Shown: positions 18,490 through 27,096 of the stretch, in pieces
Position numbering within the stretch: the stretch's first letter is position 1
How the letters are laid out: the number at the start of each line of letters is the position of its first letter
Assembly: GCA_963664305.2 (NCBI GenBank)
Contig: CAXXLV010000002.1
Span: 1,344,001-1,408,000 of the forward strand
Direction of reading: 5' to 3'
DNA length: 64,000 nt
DNA from: an uncultured Aliarcobacter sp.
GTDB lineage: Bacteria > Campylobacterota > Campylobacteria > Campylobacterales > Arcobacteraceae
The notes under the pieces: model-generated
Seen by the model: only the letters and a program-made list of their open reading frames with translations
Database searches by the model: none
What the model was told of the DNA's origin: nothing
Translations under genes and position numbers: made by a program

Positions 18490-18581
18490 AATTACTCCTC
18501 ATAATAAAATTACCTGAGACTATTATACTACTGTTTTAGAATTTTAAAATTAAGAGAGAAAGAAATAAGAAGAAAAATAAT

Positions 18582-18610
18582 AAAAAAAAGCCACTAAAAA
18601 GTGACTTTTT
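18582..18610 (-). terminator. Intrinsic terminator after tpx
   Basis: Minus strand AAAAAGTCACT-TTTT-AGTGGCTTTTTTTT. Confidence 0.7.
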
Positions 18611-18616
18611 TAAAGA

Positions 18617-19159
18617 TTAGTGACAACCACATCCTGTTCCACAAGAACCACCAGTTACACCTTTAGCTGCTGCTAATGCTGCTTCATAATTTGGCTCTTC
18701 AGTAATTTCTGGACAAATTTCTTTATAAGTTACTTTTCCAGATTCATTGATAACGAATACTGCTCTACAAGCAACACCTGCTAATGGTCCAGAAGAAATT
18801 AATACACCGTAAGATTTAGCAAAAGCTTTTGCTCTAAAATCTGAACCAACTGTTAAATTTTCGATTCCTTCAGTTGTACAAAATCTTTTCATTGCAAATG
18901 GTAAATCCATAGAAACTACGATTACTTCTGCATTTTCAACTTTTGCTGCTTCTACATTGAATTTTCTAGTTTCTGCTGCACATACAGGAGTATCTAAAGA
19001 TGGAACTACAACTACGATTTGAGTTTTACCTTTTTCTCCACCAACTTGAACTTCTGATAAATCTTGTGCTACAACTGTAACAACAGGAGCGATATCTCCT
19101 ACATTGATTTCTGTTCCACTTAAAGTTACTTCATTACCTTTTAATTTTGTTGTTGCCAT
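18617..19159 (-). CDS. tpx: Thiol peroxidase Tpx with a Cys/His-rich C-terminal tail
   Basis: VPSLDTPVC, 'SMDLPFAMKRFC' and EPNYE motifs; tail GGSCGTGCGCH. Confidence 0.93.
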   Translation of the reverse strand: MATTKLKGNEVTLSGTEINVGDIAPVVTVVAQDLSEVQVGGEKGKTQIVVVVPSLDTPVCAAETRKFNVEAAKVENAEVIVVSMDLPFAMKRFCTTEGIENLTVGSDFRAKAFAKSYGVLISSGPLAGVACRAVFVINESGKVTYKEICPEITEEPNYEAALAAAKGVTGGSCGTGCGCH

Positions 19160-19263
19160 TATAATTTTCCTTTAATTTTTTTAAATATTTCCGAAATTAT
19201 ATTCAAATAGGATAAAAGATGTCTTAATTATTTGCAATCAAGATGTAATTCTTTTATCTGTTA

Positions 19264-20088
19264 CTATTTAACCCTAATACAACTTTCTTCAAGCACTATT
19301 TTATCTTCACTAATAAGTTTTGTCAATGATGCTTTAAAGGCTTTTTTACTAAGTCCGAATACTTCATTTATATCAGAAGCTTCACTCTTATATGTAAAAT
19401 CTAATTTTCCACCATTTTGTACTAAAACATCAAAAACTTTATCACCTGAAATTTTAACACCAATTTTTTGTAAAGATAAATCAATTTTATTATCAGCTCT
19501 AATATTTTTTATGTAAGCTCTTTTTTTATCACCAATTCTTAGATTTTCAAAAATCTCTGTATGATAAATCATTCCTTCATATCTATCATTTACTATTACT
19601 TTATAACCTAGAGGTGTTTTTGAATAAAGTATTATTTCAACCTCATCATTTTTTTCTAAGTTTTTAACAGATTTTAGTAAATCATATTTTTCAGAAGCTA
19701 TTAATCTATTTGTTCTATCATCTAATTGAAGTTGTAAAACTTTTCTTTTTCCAACTTCATATGTTCCTTTTTGTTTGTTTTTTGGAACTAAAATATGTTT
19801 TGGCAGTCCAATGTCTACAAATGACCCAAATTTTGCATTATCAACTATCTCTAAAGATGCAAATTCATATAAATAAACATAAGGTTTTAATGTAGTTGCA
19901 ACAAGTCTATCTTCACTATCTGTATAAATAAATACATCAAGTAAAGTATCAATTTCCATAGATTTATTTACATATGCATTTGGAAGTAAAACCTCAGTTT
20001 CATCTTCACTTATTAGATAAATTCCAGGTTCACTAACTCTATTTACTCTTAAAGTGTTTAATCTTCCTACTTCTATTTTTTCATTCAT
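19264..20088 (-). CDS. CvfB/YitL-family S1-domain RNA-binding protein
   Basis: 'VLLPN', 'VFIYTDSEDRLVATT' and 'FGLSKKAFK' (winged helix) motifs. Confidence 0.88.
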   Translation of the reverse strand: MNEKIEVGRLNTLRVNRVSEPGIYLISEDETEVLLPNAYVNKSMEIDTLLDVFIYTDSEDRLVATTLKPYVYLYEFASLEIVDNAKFGSFVDIGLPKHILVPKNKQKGTYEVGKRKVLQLQLDDRTNRLIASEKYDLLKSVKNLEKNDEVEIILYSKTPLGYKVIVNDRYEGMIYHTEIFENLRIGDKKRAYIKNIRADNKIDLSLQKIGVKISGDKVFDVLVQNGGKLDFTYKSEASDINEVFGLSKKAFKASLTKLISEDKIVLEESCIRVK

Positions 20089-20111
20089 TTGGTTTTTCCG
20101 TTTCTTTTAAT

Positions 20112-20912
20112 TTATTTTTTAAAATTCAAAAATTTCACTGCTGCTAAAATAATAACAGCTACCATAATAATACTAGCACCAGAGCTAATATCATACATAT
20201 ATGAAACTATAAGTCCTAAAATTGTAAACATTGTAGCTAAAATTGAGCTAATTATCATCATTGTTGATAATTTTGATGCAAAAGTTTCAGCTAAATAAGT
20301 TGGTATTGTTAAAAGTGCAATAACTAAAATCAATCCCACAGCTTTGATTGCAGCAACAACACAAAGAGCAGCTAAGATTAGAATAAGTGTATAAAAAAAC
20401 TTAACATTTATACCTCTTAAACTTGCAAATTCACTATCATATGAAACTGCTAATATCTCTTTATAAAAAAATACAACTATTGAGATAATAAAAATATCTA
20501 AACATGTCATATATAAAATATCATCATTTGAAACAGCAATAATTGAACCAAACAGATATGACATTAAATCTACATTATATCCAGGTGTTAAATCAACAAA
20601 TATAATACCAATAGCCATACCACTAGCCCACATCATTCCAATAATCGCATCAATTCTAGTTCGATTTTTTAAAGTTATAATTGCAATTATGATTGCCGTT
20701 ATAATTGCAAAAACTGTTGCTCCAAAAAGTACTGGAAGTCCTAAATAAATAGCAAGTCCAATTCCACCATAAGAACTATGTGCAATCCCACCAGTTAAAA
20801 ATGTAATCTTATTCACAACTACAAGTGAGCCAATAATTCCAGCAGCAATCGAAATTAATACTCCTGCAATTAAAGCATTTTGAATAAATTCATATTGTAA
20901 AACTTCTAACAT
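20112..20912 (-). CDS. znuB: Zn/Mn ABC transporter permease (ZnuB-like)
   Basis: 'GGIAHSSYGG', 'MSYLFGSI' and 'AVGLILVIALLTIP' motifs. Confidence 0.85.
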   Translation of the reverse strand: MLEVLQYEFIQNALIAGVLISIAAGIIGSLVVVNKITFLTGGIAHSSYGGIGLAIYLGLPVLFGATVFAIITAIIIAIITLKNRTRIDAIIGMMWASGMAIGIIFVDLTPGYNVDLMSYLFGSIIAVSNDDILYMTCLDIFIISIVVFFYKEILAVSYDSEFASLRGINVKFFYTLILILAALCVVAAIKAVGLILVIALLTIPTYLAETFASKLSTMMIISSILATMFTILGLIVSYMYDISSGASIIMVAVIILAAVKFLNFKK

Positions 20913-20921
20913 CTCTTACCT

Positions 20922-21662
20922 TTAGTGATTGTGATTACAACAAATTTGAGTTTTTCCTAATGCTGATAGGAGTTCAACTTCACATAAATGTTCATTTTGT
21001 GTATCTATATTTTTTTGTATATTTTCTAAAGAGTGATAAACTAAATTTTTATTTATGTGTGCAACATTTTTTGCATAGTTTAATAAAACTGAAATATCAT
21101 GGCTAACTACTACTATACAAATTGATTTATTAAGTTCTTTTAACAACTCGTAAATCTCCCTTTGACCTTTTACATCGATACTTGCTGTTGGTTCATCAAG
21201 CAACATAATTTTTGGATTTGAACATAAAGCTCGTGCAATAAAAACCCTTTGTCTTTGTCCTCCACTTAAATCACCTATTTTACTATTAGCAAATTTTGAC
21301 ATTCCAACTTTTTCTAAAGAACTCATTGCACAAGATATATCTTCTTTTGAATATCCAAATATCCTTTTTTTAGAAGTTGTATGACCCATTAGAACTATTT
21401 CTAAAGCAGTAATTGGGAAATCTGTATTTAAATTTGTATTTTGAGGAACATATCCTACTTGATTATTTTTTATTTTTTTCTCAATTTTTCCATTTTGAGG
21501 AATTAACAATCCTAAAATTAATTTTAGTAAAGTTGATTTTCCTCCACCATTTGGACCAATTATTGCTAAAAAGTCATTTTCACTTATTGATAAATTTATA
21601 TTTTCTAATACATCTGTTTTATTATATCGATAAGACAAATTACTTATATTTATTATTTCCAC
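20922..21662 (-). CDS. znuC: Zn/Mn ABC transporter ATP-binding protein (ZnuC-like)
   Basis: Probable GTG start at 21662 with GAGG RBS; GPNGGGKST, GYVPQ, LSGGQRQR, LLDEP, VSHD; His/Cys tail HLCE...CCNHNH. Confidence 0.87.
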   Translation of the reverse strand: MEIINISNLSYRYNKTDVLENINLSISENDFLAIIGPNGGGKSTLLKLILGLLIPQNGKIEKKIKNNQVGYVPQNTNLNTDFPITALEIVLMGHTTSKKRIFGYSKEDISCAMSSLEKVGMSKFANSKIGDLSGGQRQRVFIARALCSNPKIMLLDEPTASIDVKGQREIYELLKELNKSICIVVVSHDISVLLNYAKNVAHINKNLVYHSLENIQKNIDTQNEHLCEVELLSALGKTQICCNHNH

Positions 21663-21674
21663 TAAAACCCTCAT

Positions 21675-21720
21675 TTGCAACTTTGTTGCAATATTATCAA
21701 ATATTGGATTAATCCAATAT
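21675..21720 (-). promoter_or_regulatory. znuCB promoter with two palindromic operator candidates
   Basis: TTGCAAC-TTT-GTTGCAA (21675-21691); extended -10 TGATAATAT (21691-21699, minus); perfect 20-bp palindrome ATATTGGATTAATCCAATAT (21701-21720). Confidence 0.55.
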
Positions 21721-22463
21721 CAAATCTCATCTCTTAACCAAGAATAAACTAATCCTAAATATTCATGAATTGCTATTTCACATTTTCTTAAATTTTTTGC
21801 AGAAAAATAAGAACTATATGAATCATCTTCATATGCCATATGATTTGTTGGGCTTGCTATTATTTTTAGTCCCTCTTTTTCAAATAAAAGGACTGAACGT
21901 TTCATATGTGAAGCTGAAGTAACTAAAATCAAAGGTTCTGTTCCAACTATTTTTTTTGTTTCAACTGCTTCCTCTTTTGTATCTTTTGTTGTATCAAGTC
22001 TTATAATATCCTCTTTTTTTACACCTAAACTAATTGCTAGTTGCTCTTGCATAAATGCATGAGAATTTTTATCACTAAAACTATAACCAGAAACTATAAG
22101 TTTTGCATTTTCTAGATTTTTATAATGTCGTATTCCCTCAACTAATCTATTTATTGCTGTCATTTTAACTTGAGAAGTTATACTTAAATCTTCATCACTT
22201 TTATGTCCACTTCCTAAAACTAAAATATAATTAACTTTTGGTGTTTGAATTAAAGCTGGATATGAATTTTCAAGCGGATATAAAATTGCATTTGAAACAG
22301 TTTGATTTGATAAAAGAGCAAACCATAAAAATGTTAAAAATAGAAAAAATTTAGCTTTTTTATATGAATTAAACATCAAATAAATAAAAGATAAAAAAAG
22401 TAAAAAAAGACCAATAGGAATTGGCAACAAAAAAGCTGAAACAATTTTTTTAAATATAAACAT
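21720..22463 (-). CDS. ElyC/YdcF (DUF218) family envelope protein
   Basis: Two N-terminal TM segments; 'ILVLGSG', 'RLVEG', 'DTKEEA', 'LVTSASHMKRS' and 'HEYLG' motifs. Confidence 0.87.
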   Translation of the reverse strand: MFIFKKIVSAFLLPIPIGLFLLFLSFIYLMFNSYKKAKFFLFLTFLWFALLSNQTVSNAILYPLENSYPALIQTPKVNYILVLGSGHKSDEDLSITSQVKMTAINRLVEGIRHYKNLENAKLIVSGYSFSDKNSHAFMQEQLAISLGVKKEDIIRLDTTKDTKEEAVETKKIVGTEPLILVTSASHMKRSVLLFEKEGLKIIASPTNHMAYEDDSYSSYFSAKNLRKCEIAIHEYLGLVYSWLRDEI

Positions 22464-23255
22464 CTAAACTCCAATAAGAGCTGAAGTATATCCAACAACC
22501 CTACTTTTGTCTTTTGTTACATCAGCACTTGTGCAATAATTTAAAATGTTTGTTTTATAATCATTTTGTATAGCCCAATCAATTATCGCTTTAACTCCTG
22601 TTTTTCCACAAGCTTCGCAATAATCAAACATCTCTAAATTTTTTCTTTCAATTGCATTTAAACAAATATTATCAAGTTTATTTGCTTCTTCTAAAGTATA
22701 AAAATGACTTAAATCTGTACTAATTACTACAAAATTATCAACATCGGCTAAAACCTCATCAATCACTTTTGATAAATCTTTATAATCAACTTCTCCATAA
22801 ACTATCTCAACTAATTGAATATTTTCAAAATAGTGTTTTATAAATGGAGCTTGCGTTTCAGTTGAATGCTCAAATTCACACTCAACATTAAAATCTAAAA
22901 AATCATATTTATCTATTAAGTTTTGAGAAAATTCTTTATCAATTTTTAAATTTCCAAGTGGCGTTTCATATTCATCATACAAAGCAACACTTGCACCTTT
23001 TAGATAAACTCTATGAGATGGACCAATTACAACTACTCTTTTTATATCTTTTTTTGAAGCTGAAACTAACTTGTAAGCCATATTTGCAGTAAAACCACTA
23101 TAAATATATCCAGCATGTGGAACTATTATGGCTTTAATATTTTCAAATGTTTCAGCATTTATAGCAAAACTATTAAAATGTTCAAAAAACTTTAAAATCT
23201 CTTCTTTTTTATTTGGATAAAAACTTCCACTTACAACTGCTTTTCTTATACTCAT
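22464..23255 (-). CDS. amrB: AmmeMemoRadiSam system protein B (MEMO1 family)
   Basis: 'R..AVSGSFYP', PHAGYIYSG, GPSH, EHSTETQ, STDLSH, ACG and VVGY motifs. Confidence 0.92.
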   Translation of the reverse strand: MSIRKAVVSGSFYPNKKEEILKFFEHFNSFAINAETFENIKAIIVPHAGYIYSGFTANMAYKLVSASKKDIKRVVVIGPSHRVYLKGASVALYDEYETPLGNLKIDKEFSQNLIDKYDFLDFNVECEFEHSTETQAPFIKHYFENIQLVEIVYGEVDYKDLSKVIDEVLADVDNFVVISTDLSHFYTLEEANKLDNICLNAIERKNLEMFDYCEACGKTGVKAIIDWAIQNDYKTNILNYCTSADVTKDKSRVVGYTSALIGV

Positions 23256-24238
23256 TTGAAAACTCCATCAAGTTTTGTTTTACATTTTGAACAACATCCA
23301 TCAATAACTTTGTTTTCTAAAACATTAAAATATTCTCTTCTTATCAATATTTCACCACAATTTTTGCAAACGGTGTCATTTTCAAAAATGCTATTTCCCA
23401 TGTAAACATAGTTTAATCCATGACCTTTTGCAATATCAAATGCCATTTGTAGAGTTTCATCTTTTGTTCGCTCTAAATTTTGTTCTTTATAATCAGGATG
23501 AAAGGCACTAATATGCCAAGGAACATTTACTCCAAGATTTTCTTTTATAAATTTAACTATATTTTCTAACTCTTGTTTTGAGTCATTAATTGTGGGAACT
23601 ATCAAAGTTGTAATTTCTAAATGAATATCGTTTTTTTTGATATTTATCAAATTATCACAAACAACTTTTAAATCACCACCTAAAGATTTTTTATAATAGT
23701 TTTTATCAAAAGATTTCAAATCAATATTAGCTGCATCAATAACACCTTTCATATCAGCTATTACTTCACTACTTTCAAATCCATTTGAAACAAAAACAGA
23801 TTTTATATCAAATTCTTTTGCCTTTAAAGCTATATCTTTAGCAAATGGATAAAAAATTGTTGGTTCATTATAGGTATATGAAATTGATTCACATTTTTTT
23901 TCTCTTGCAAGATTTACAATTTCTTCTACACTAAAATAGTTGTTTTTATTTATATTAGAAGTTTGCGAGATTTGCCAATTTTGACAAAATGAACATCTAA
24001 AATTACAACCAACTGTTCCTAAACTAAGAGATTTTGAGGAAGGTAAAAAATGATAAAGAGGTTTTTTTTCTATTGGGTCAATATTTAAAGCACTTAAATA
24101 TCCATAAACTAAACACTCTATTTTATCCCCAACATTTTTATTTACTCCACAAACTCCTGTTTGATTCTCTTTTAATTTACAATAATATGAACATAATAGA
24201 CAAACTAATCGCTCTTTTTCTTGTTTATAAAATTTCAT
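23252..24238 (-). CDS. amrS: AmmeMemoRadiSam system radical SAM enzyme
   Basis: N-terminal CLLC..YC...GVC; DPIEKKPLYHF; GCNFRCSFCQNW (CxxxCxxC); YTYNEP; C-terminal CKNC...CSKC. Confidence 0.93.
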   Translation of the reverse strand: MKFYKQEKERLVCLLCSYYCKLKENQTGVCGVNKNVGDKIECLVYGYLSALNIDPIEKKPLYHFLPSSKSLSLGTVGCNFRCSFCQNWQISQTSNINKNNYFSVEEIVNLAREKKCESISYTYNEPTIFYPFAKDIALKAKEFDIKSVFVSNGFESSEVIADMKGVIDAANIDLKSFDKNYYKKSLGGDLKVVCDNLINIKKNDIHLEITTLIVPTINDSKQELENIVKFIKENLGVNVPWHISAFHPDYKEQNLERTKDETLQMAFDIAKGHGLNYVYMGNSIFENDTVCKNCGEILIRREYFNVLENKVIDGCCSKCKTKLDGVFK

Positions 24239-24780
24239 TTTATCTTCTTAACTTCATAAGTAAAGATTTGAGGATGAAACTCCAAACAATTTACTTCAAA
24301 ACTTCCTTTATAACAAAGATGTGCAAAAAATTCTTTAAAACTAGGAAGTTGTTCCCAAACTTGTGGCAAAAAAGTACTTCTTCTTCCATCTTTTTGTAAA
24401 ATAACCCCATGGATATTTGGTTTGATTTTTGATTTTAAATCTTCTATATTTGTATAAATTACTTCAACTGGCGTTGTTAAAATAGAGATTTCTATATTTA
24501 CTTTTTTAAACTCTAAAGGCGTTAATTCATAAAATCTTGGGTCTTCAAAAGCAGCTGCATTTGCATTTGAAATCAAATCATCAAGAAGTGGTCTATAAGC
24601 TTGTAAACTTCCAATACAACCTCTTAGTTGTCCATCAAGAGTCAAAGTAACAAAAGTTGCACCATTTTCTTTTAATTCTGGAAAATCAGATAAAAGTTTT
24701 GTTTTATCAATCTTTATATTTGAATCAAACTTCTTTTCAATAGATTTTTTTGTTATGTCCAATAAAACCTGATTTTCCAT
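24235..24780 (-). CDS. amrA: AmmeMemoRadiSam system protein A (AMMECR1 family)
   Basis: 'ATFVTL...LRGCIGS', 'AAFEDPRF', 'EISILT' and 'TFLPQVW' motifs. Confidence 0.92.
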   Translation of the reverse strand: MENQVLLDITKKSIEKKFDSNIKIDKTKLLSDFPELKENGATFVTLTLDGQLRGCIGSLQAYRPLLDDLISNANAAAFEDPRFYELTPLEFKKVNIEISILTTPVEVIYTNIEDLKSKIKPNIHGVILQKDGRRSTFLPQVWEQLPSFKEFFAHLCYKGSFEVNCLEFHPQIFTYEVKKIK

Positions 24781-24789
24781 ATTAACTCC

Positions 24790-25728
24790 TTAGTTTTTAA
24801 TAATATCCTTTATTGCTTCAACAAATTCATCACTATCATTTACACAACGACATACTTTATATTCACTAATTTCTAATTCATGTGCAATTTCTCTATACTC
24901 AATATCAAGCTCAAAATCTGTTTCTGAATTATCAACTATAAATGCAATTGGATAGATAATAACTTTTTCATTTTTAAAATTTTTCAACATATCTTCAAGT
25001 GACGGTTCTAACCATTTTAGAGGTCCAACTTTTGATTGATATGCTAAATTTACAGATTTAAAATTTTTTCCTTTTAGTTCAAGTTTTTCACTTAAAATTT
25101 TAACATGTTCAATCATTTGTTGCTCATATGGATCACCTGCATCAACTATTTTTTGAGGAAGCCCATGAGCTGAAAAAATCAGATTATATTCACTAGGATT
25201 TTCAACATTTTTTAAAATCTCATTTATAATACATTCATTAAATTTTTCATTTTTATAAAAAGTTTCAATATATCTGATATTTTTACCAAAAGTATAAGGT
25301 AAATAATCTACAAAATCTTCAATAGAAGATTTTGTAGTTGTTGTTGAATATTGAGGATATAAAGGCAATAATACTATTTCATTTATTCCATCATCTAACA
25401 TTTGTTTTATCACATCTTGTGCAAATGGTGGCGTATAACGCATCACTTGATAAGTTTTAAAATCTTCAATTTTTTCATTACATTTTTCTACTAACTTTTC
25501 AGTTAATGGATTAATAGGTGATGCATTTCCTATATGTTCATAATTTTCCCATGCACTATCCAATCGTTTTGTAACTATAAAATATGCAATCATTTTTCTT
25601 ATTAATGGATTTTTTATAGTTAAAATATTTTTATCATTAAACATATTTGTTAAAAACATTTTTAATTCAGACTTATTTCTGGCTCCACCCATATTTAGTA
25701 ATACTAACGCTTTTTTATTTTCTTGCAT
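24790..25728 (-). CDS. hemH: Ferrochelatase
   Basis: LLNMGG, MRYTPP, LPLYPQYS, FSAHGLP, YQSKVGP..WLEP and DNSET motifs. Confidence 0.95.
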   Translation of the reverse strand: MQENKKALVLLNMGGARNKSELKMFLTNMFNDKNILTIKNPLIRKMIAYFIVTKRLDSAWENYEHIGNASPINPLTEKLVEKCNEKIEDFKTYQVMRYTPPFAQDVIKQMLDDGINEIVLLPLYPQYSTTTTKSSIEDFVDYLPYTFGKNIRYIETFYKNEKFNECIINEILKNVENPSEYNLIFSAHGLPQKIVDAGDPYEQQMIEHVKILSEKLELKGKNFKSVNLAYQSKVGPLKWLEPSLEDMLKNFKNEKVIIYPIAFIVDNSETDFELDIEYREIAHELEISEYKVCRCVNDSDEFVEAIKDIIKN

Positions 25729-26317
25729 TCTCTTCTAACCTTATAATTTTATCACTACACCACGAAGCCATATCTAAATCGTGTGTTATTAGTAAAATAG
25801 CACATTTGTCTAAAAGTGTAATTAATAGTTTCATCACATCATATGCTATTATATTATCTAAAGCTGATGTTGGTTCATCAACTAAAAGTAAGTCTGGTTT
25901 CATCAAAAGTGCTCTTAAAATTGAACATCTTTGAAGTTGCCCTCCACTTAACTGATATGTCCTTTTCTCTAAAATCTCTTTTTCCAAACTAAGTTTTGGT
26001 AAAAGTTCTTTCATCTCTTCATAAAAATCTCTTTTTACAACATCTTTTATTTGTTCAATAATTGAATATGTTGGATGAAAAGAGTTAAATGGATCTTGAA
26101 ATATCATAGCAATATTTGATTTTTTTATTGTTCCATTTATTGGTTTTAAATTTCCACAAATCAATTCAAAAAGTGTTGTTTTCCCTGTACCACTTTTTCC
26201 AAATATTGTGACTAATTCGCCTTTGTTTAACTCTAAAGAAAAATCTTTATAAATAGGGTTTTCTTTTTTATAATAAAATGTTAAATTATTTATATTTAAA
26301 ACTGACTCTTTATTCAA
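25715..26317 (-). CDS. ABC transporter ATP-binding protein (peptide/nickel-transporter-like, no permease nearby)
   Basis: GKSGTGKT, IFQDP, LSGGQLQR, VDEPTSALD, ITHD; overlaps the hemH start. Confidence 0.85.
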   Translation of the reverse strand: MNKESVLNINNLTFYYKKENPIYKDFSLELNKGELVTIFGKSGTGKTTLFELICGNLKPINGTIKKSNIAMIFQDPFNSFHPTYSIIEQIKDVVKRDFYEEMKELLPKLSLEKEILEKRTYQLSGGQLQRCSILRALLMKPDLLLVDEPTSALDNIIAYDVMKLLITLLDKCAILLITHDLDMASWCSDKIIRLEENARK

Positions 26318-26515
26318 TTTTTCACCTTTTTTTTAATCCTAATACTATATAAAAAAAATGCTTTATCTTCCCACTGTATAGTATTTGAAAGCTTTCACAA
26401 TTTTTATACAATAATAAGTAAAACTTACATTGAATATTTAATAAAAAAAGAAAATATTAAGCATAAAAAAAGAAAAAAAAGCTACAATATTTTTCTTAAA
26501 AATTAAGGAGAAAAA

Positions 26516-26809
26516 ATGAAAAAAATCGTATTAAGTACAATCATTGTTGCTGCAACTGCTGCTTCTTTATCTGCTGCTTCAATTGCTGCATGTGCTGGAT
26601 GCCACGGTGCAAATTTTGATAAACCTGCTATGGGTAAATCTGAAATCGTAAAAGGTTGGGATGAAGCTAAAATTATTGCATCTTTAAACGGATACAAAGC
26701 TGGAACTTTAAATGTTCACGGTATGGGTGCTGTTATGAAAGGTCAAACTGCTAAATTAAGTGATGCTGATATCGCTGATATTGCAAAACAAATCGCAGCA
26801 ATCAAATAA
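26516..26809 (+). CDS. Cytochrome c553-like monohaem cytochrome
   Basis: AAGGAG RBS, signal peptide, CAGCHG and axial Met in 'MGAVMKGQ'. Confidence 0.9.
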   Translation: MKKIVLSTIIVAATAASLSAASIAACAGCHGANFDKPAMGKSEIVKGWDEAKIIASLNGYKAGTLNVHGMGAVMKGQTAKLSDADIADIAKQIAAIK

Positions 26810-26816
26810 TTTTTCT

Positions 26817-26844
26817 AAACTAGTCAAGTAAAATTGACTAGTTT
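26817..26844. terminator. Bidirectional terminator between cytochrome c and ccoS
   Basis: AAACTAGTCAA-GTAAAA-TTGACTAGTTT. Confidence 0.65.
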
Positions 26845-27086
26845 AATTCTTTACTATCTTCTTTTTTCTTTTCACTTTCAAGTTTTGATTCTTTTGCTTC
26901 TTTTAAATTTTTTTCTTTTTTAATAGCATCATTTAAATCTTCAATACTGTCATATAAAGGATTATTTAACATTTTATTTGCATCATCAAATTGACCAGTT
27001 TTTGCTGCCCAAACAAAAAGAAGTAATAATCCTGCTGAGATTATAATTCCAACTATTAACATAAAAAAAAGCGTATCATTTATCAT
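26838..27086 (-). CDS. ccoS: cbb3-type oxidase maturation protein CcoS
   Basis: One TM segment followed by 'FVWAAKTGQFDD'; directly downstream of ccoI. Confidence 0.9.
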   Translation of the reverse strand: MINDTLFFMLIVGIIISAGLLLLFVWAAKTGQFDDANKMLNNPLYDSIEDLNDAIKKEKNLKEAKESKLESEKKKEDSKELN

Positions 27087-27096
27087 TTAAAAACTC

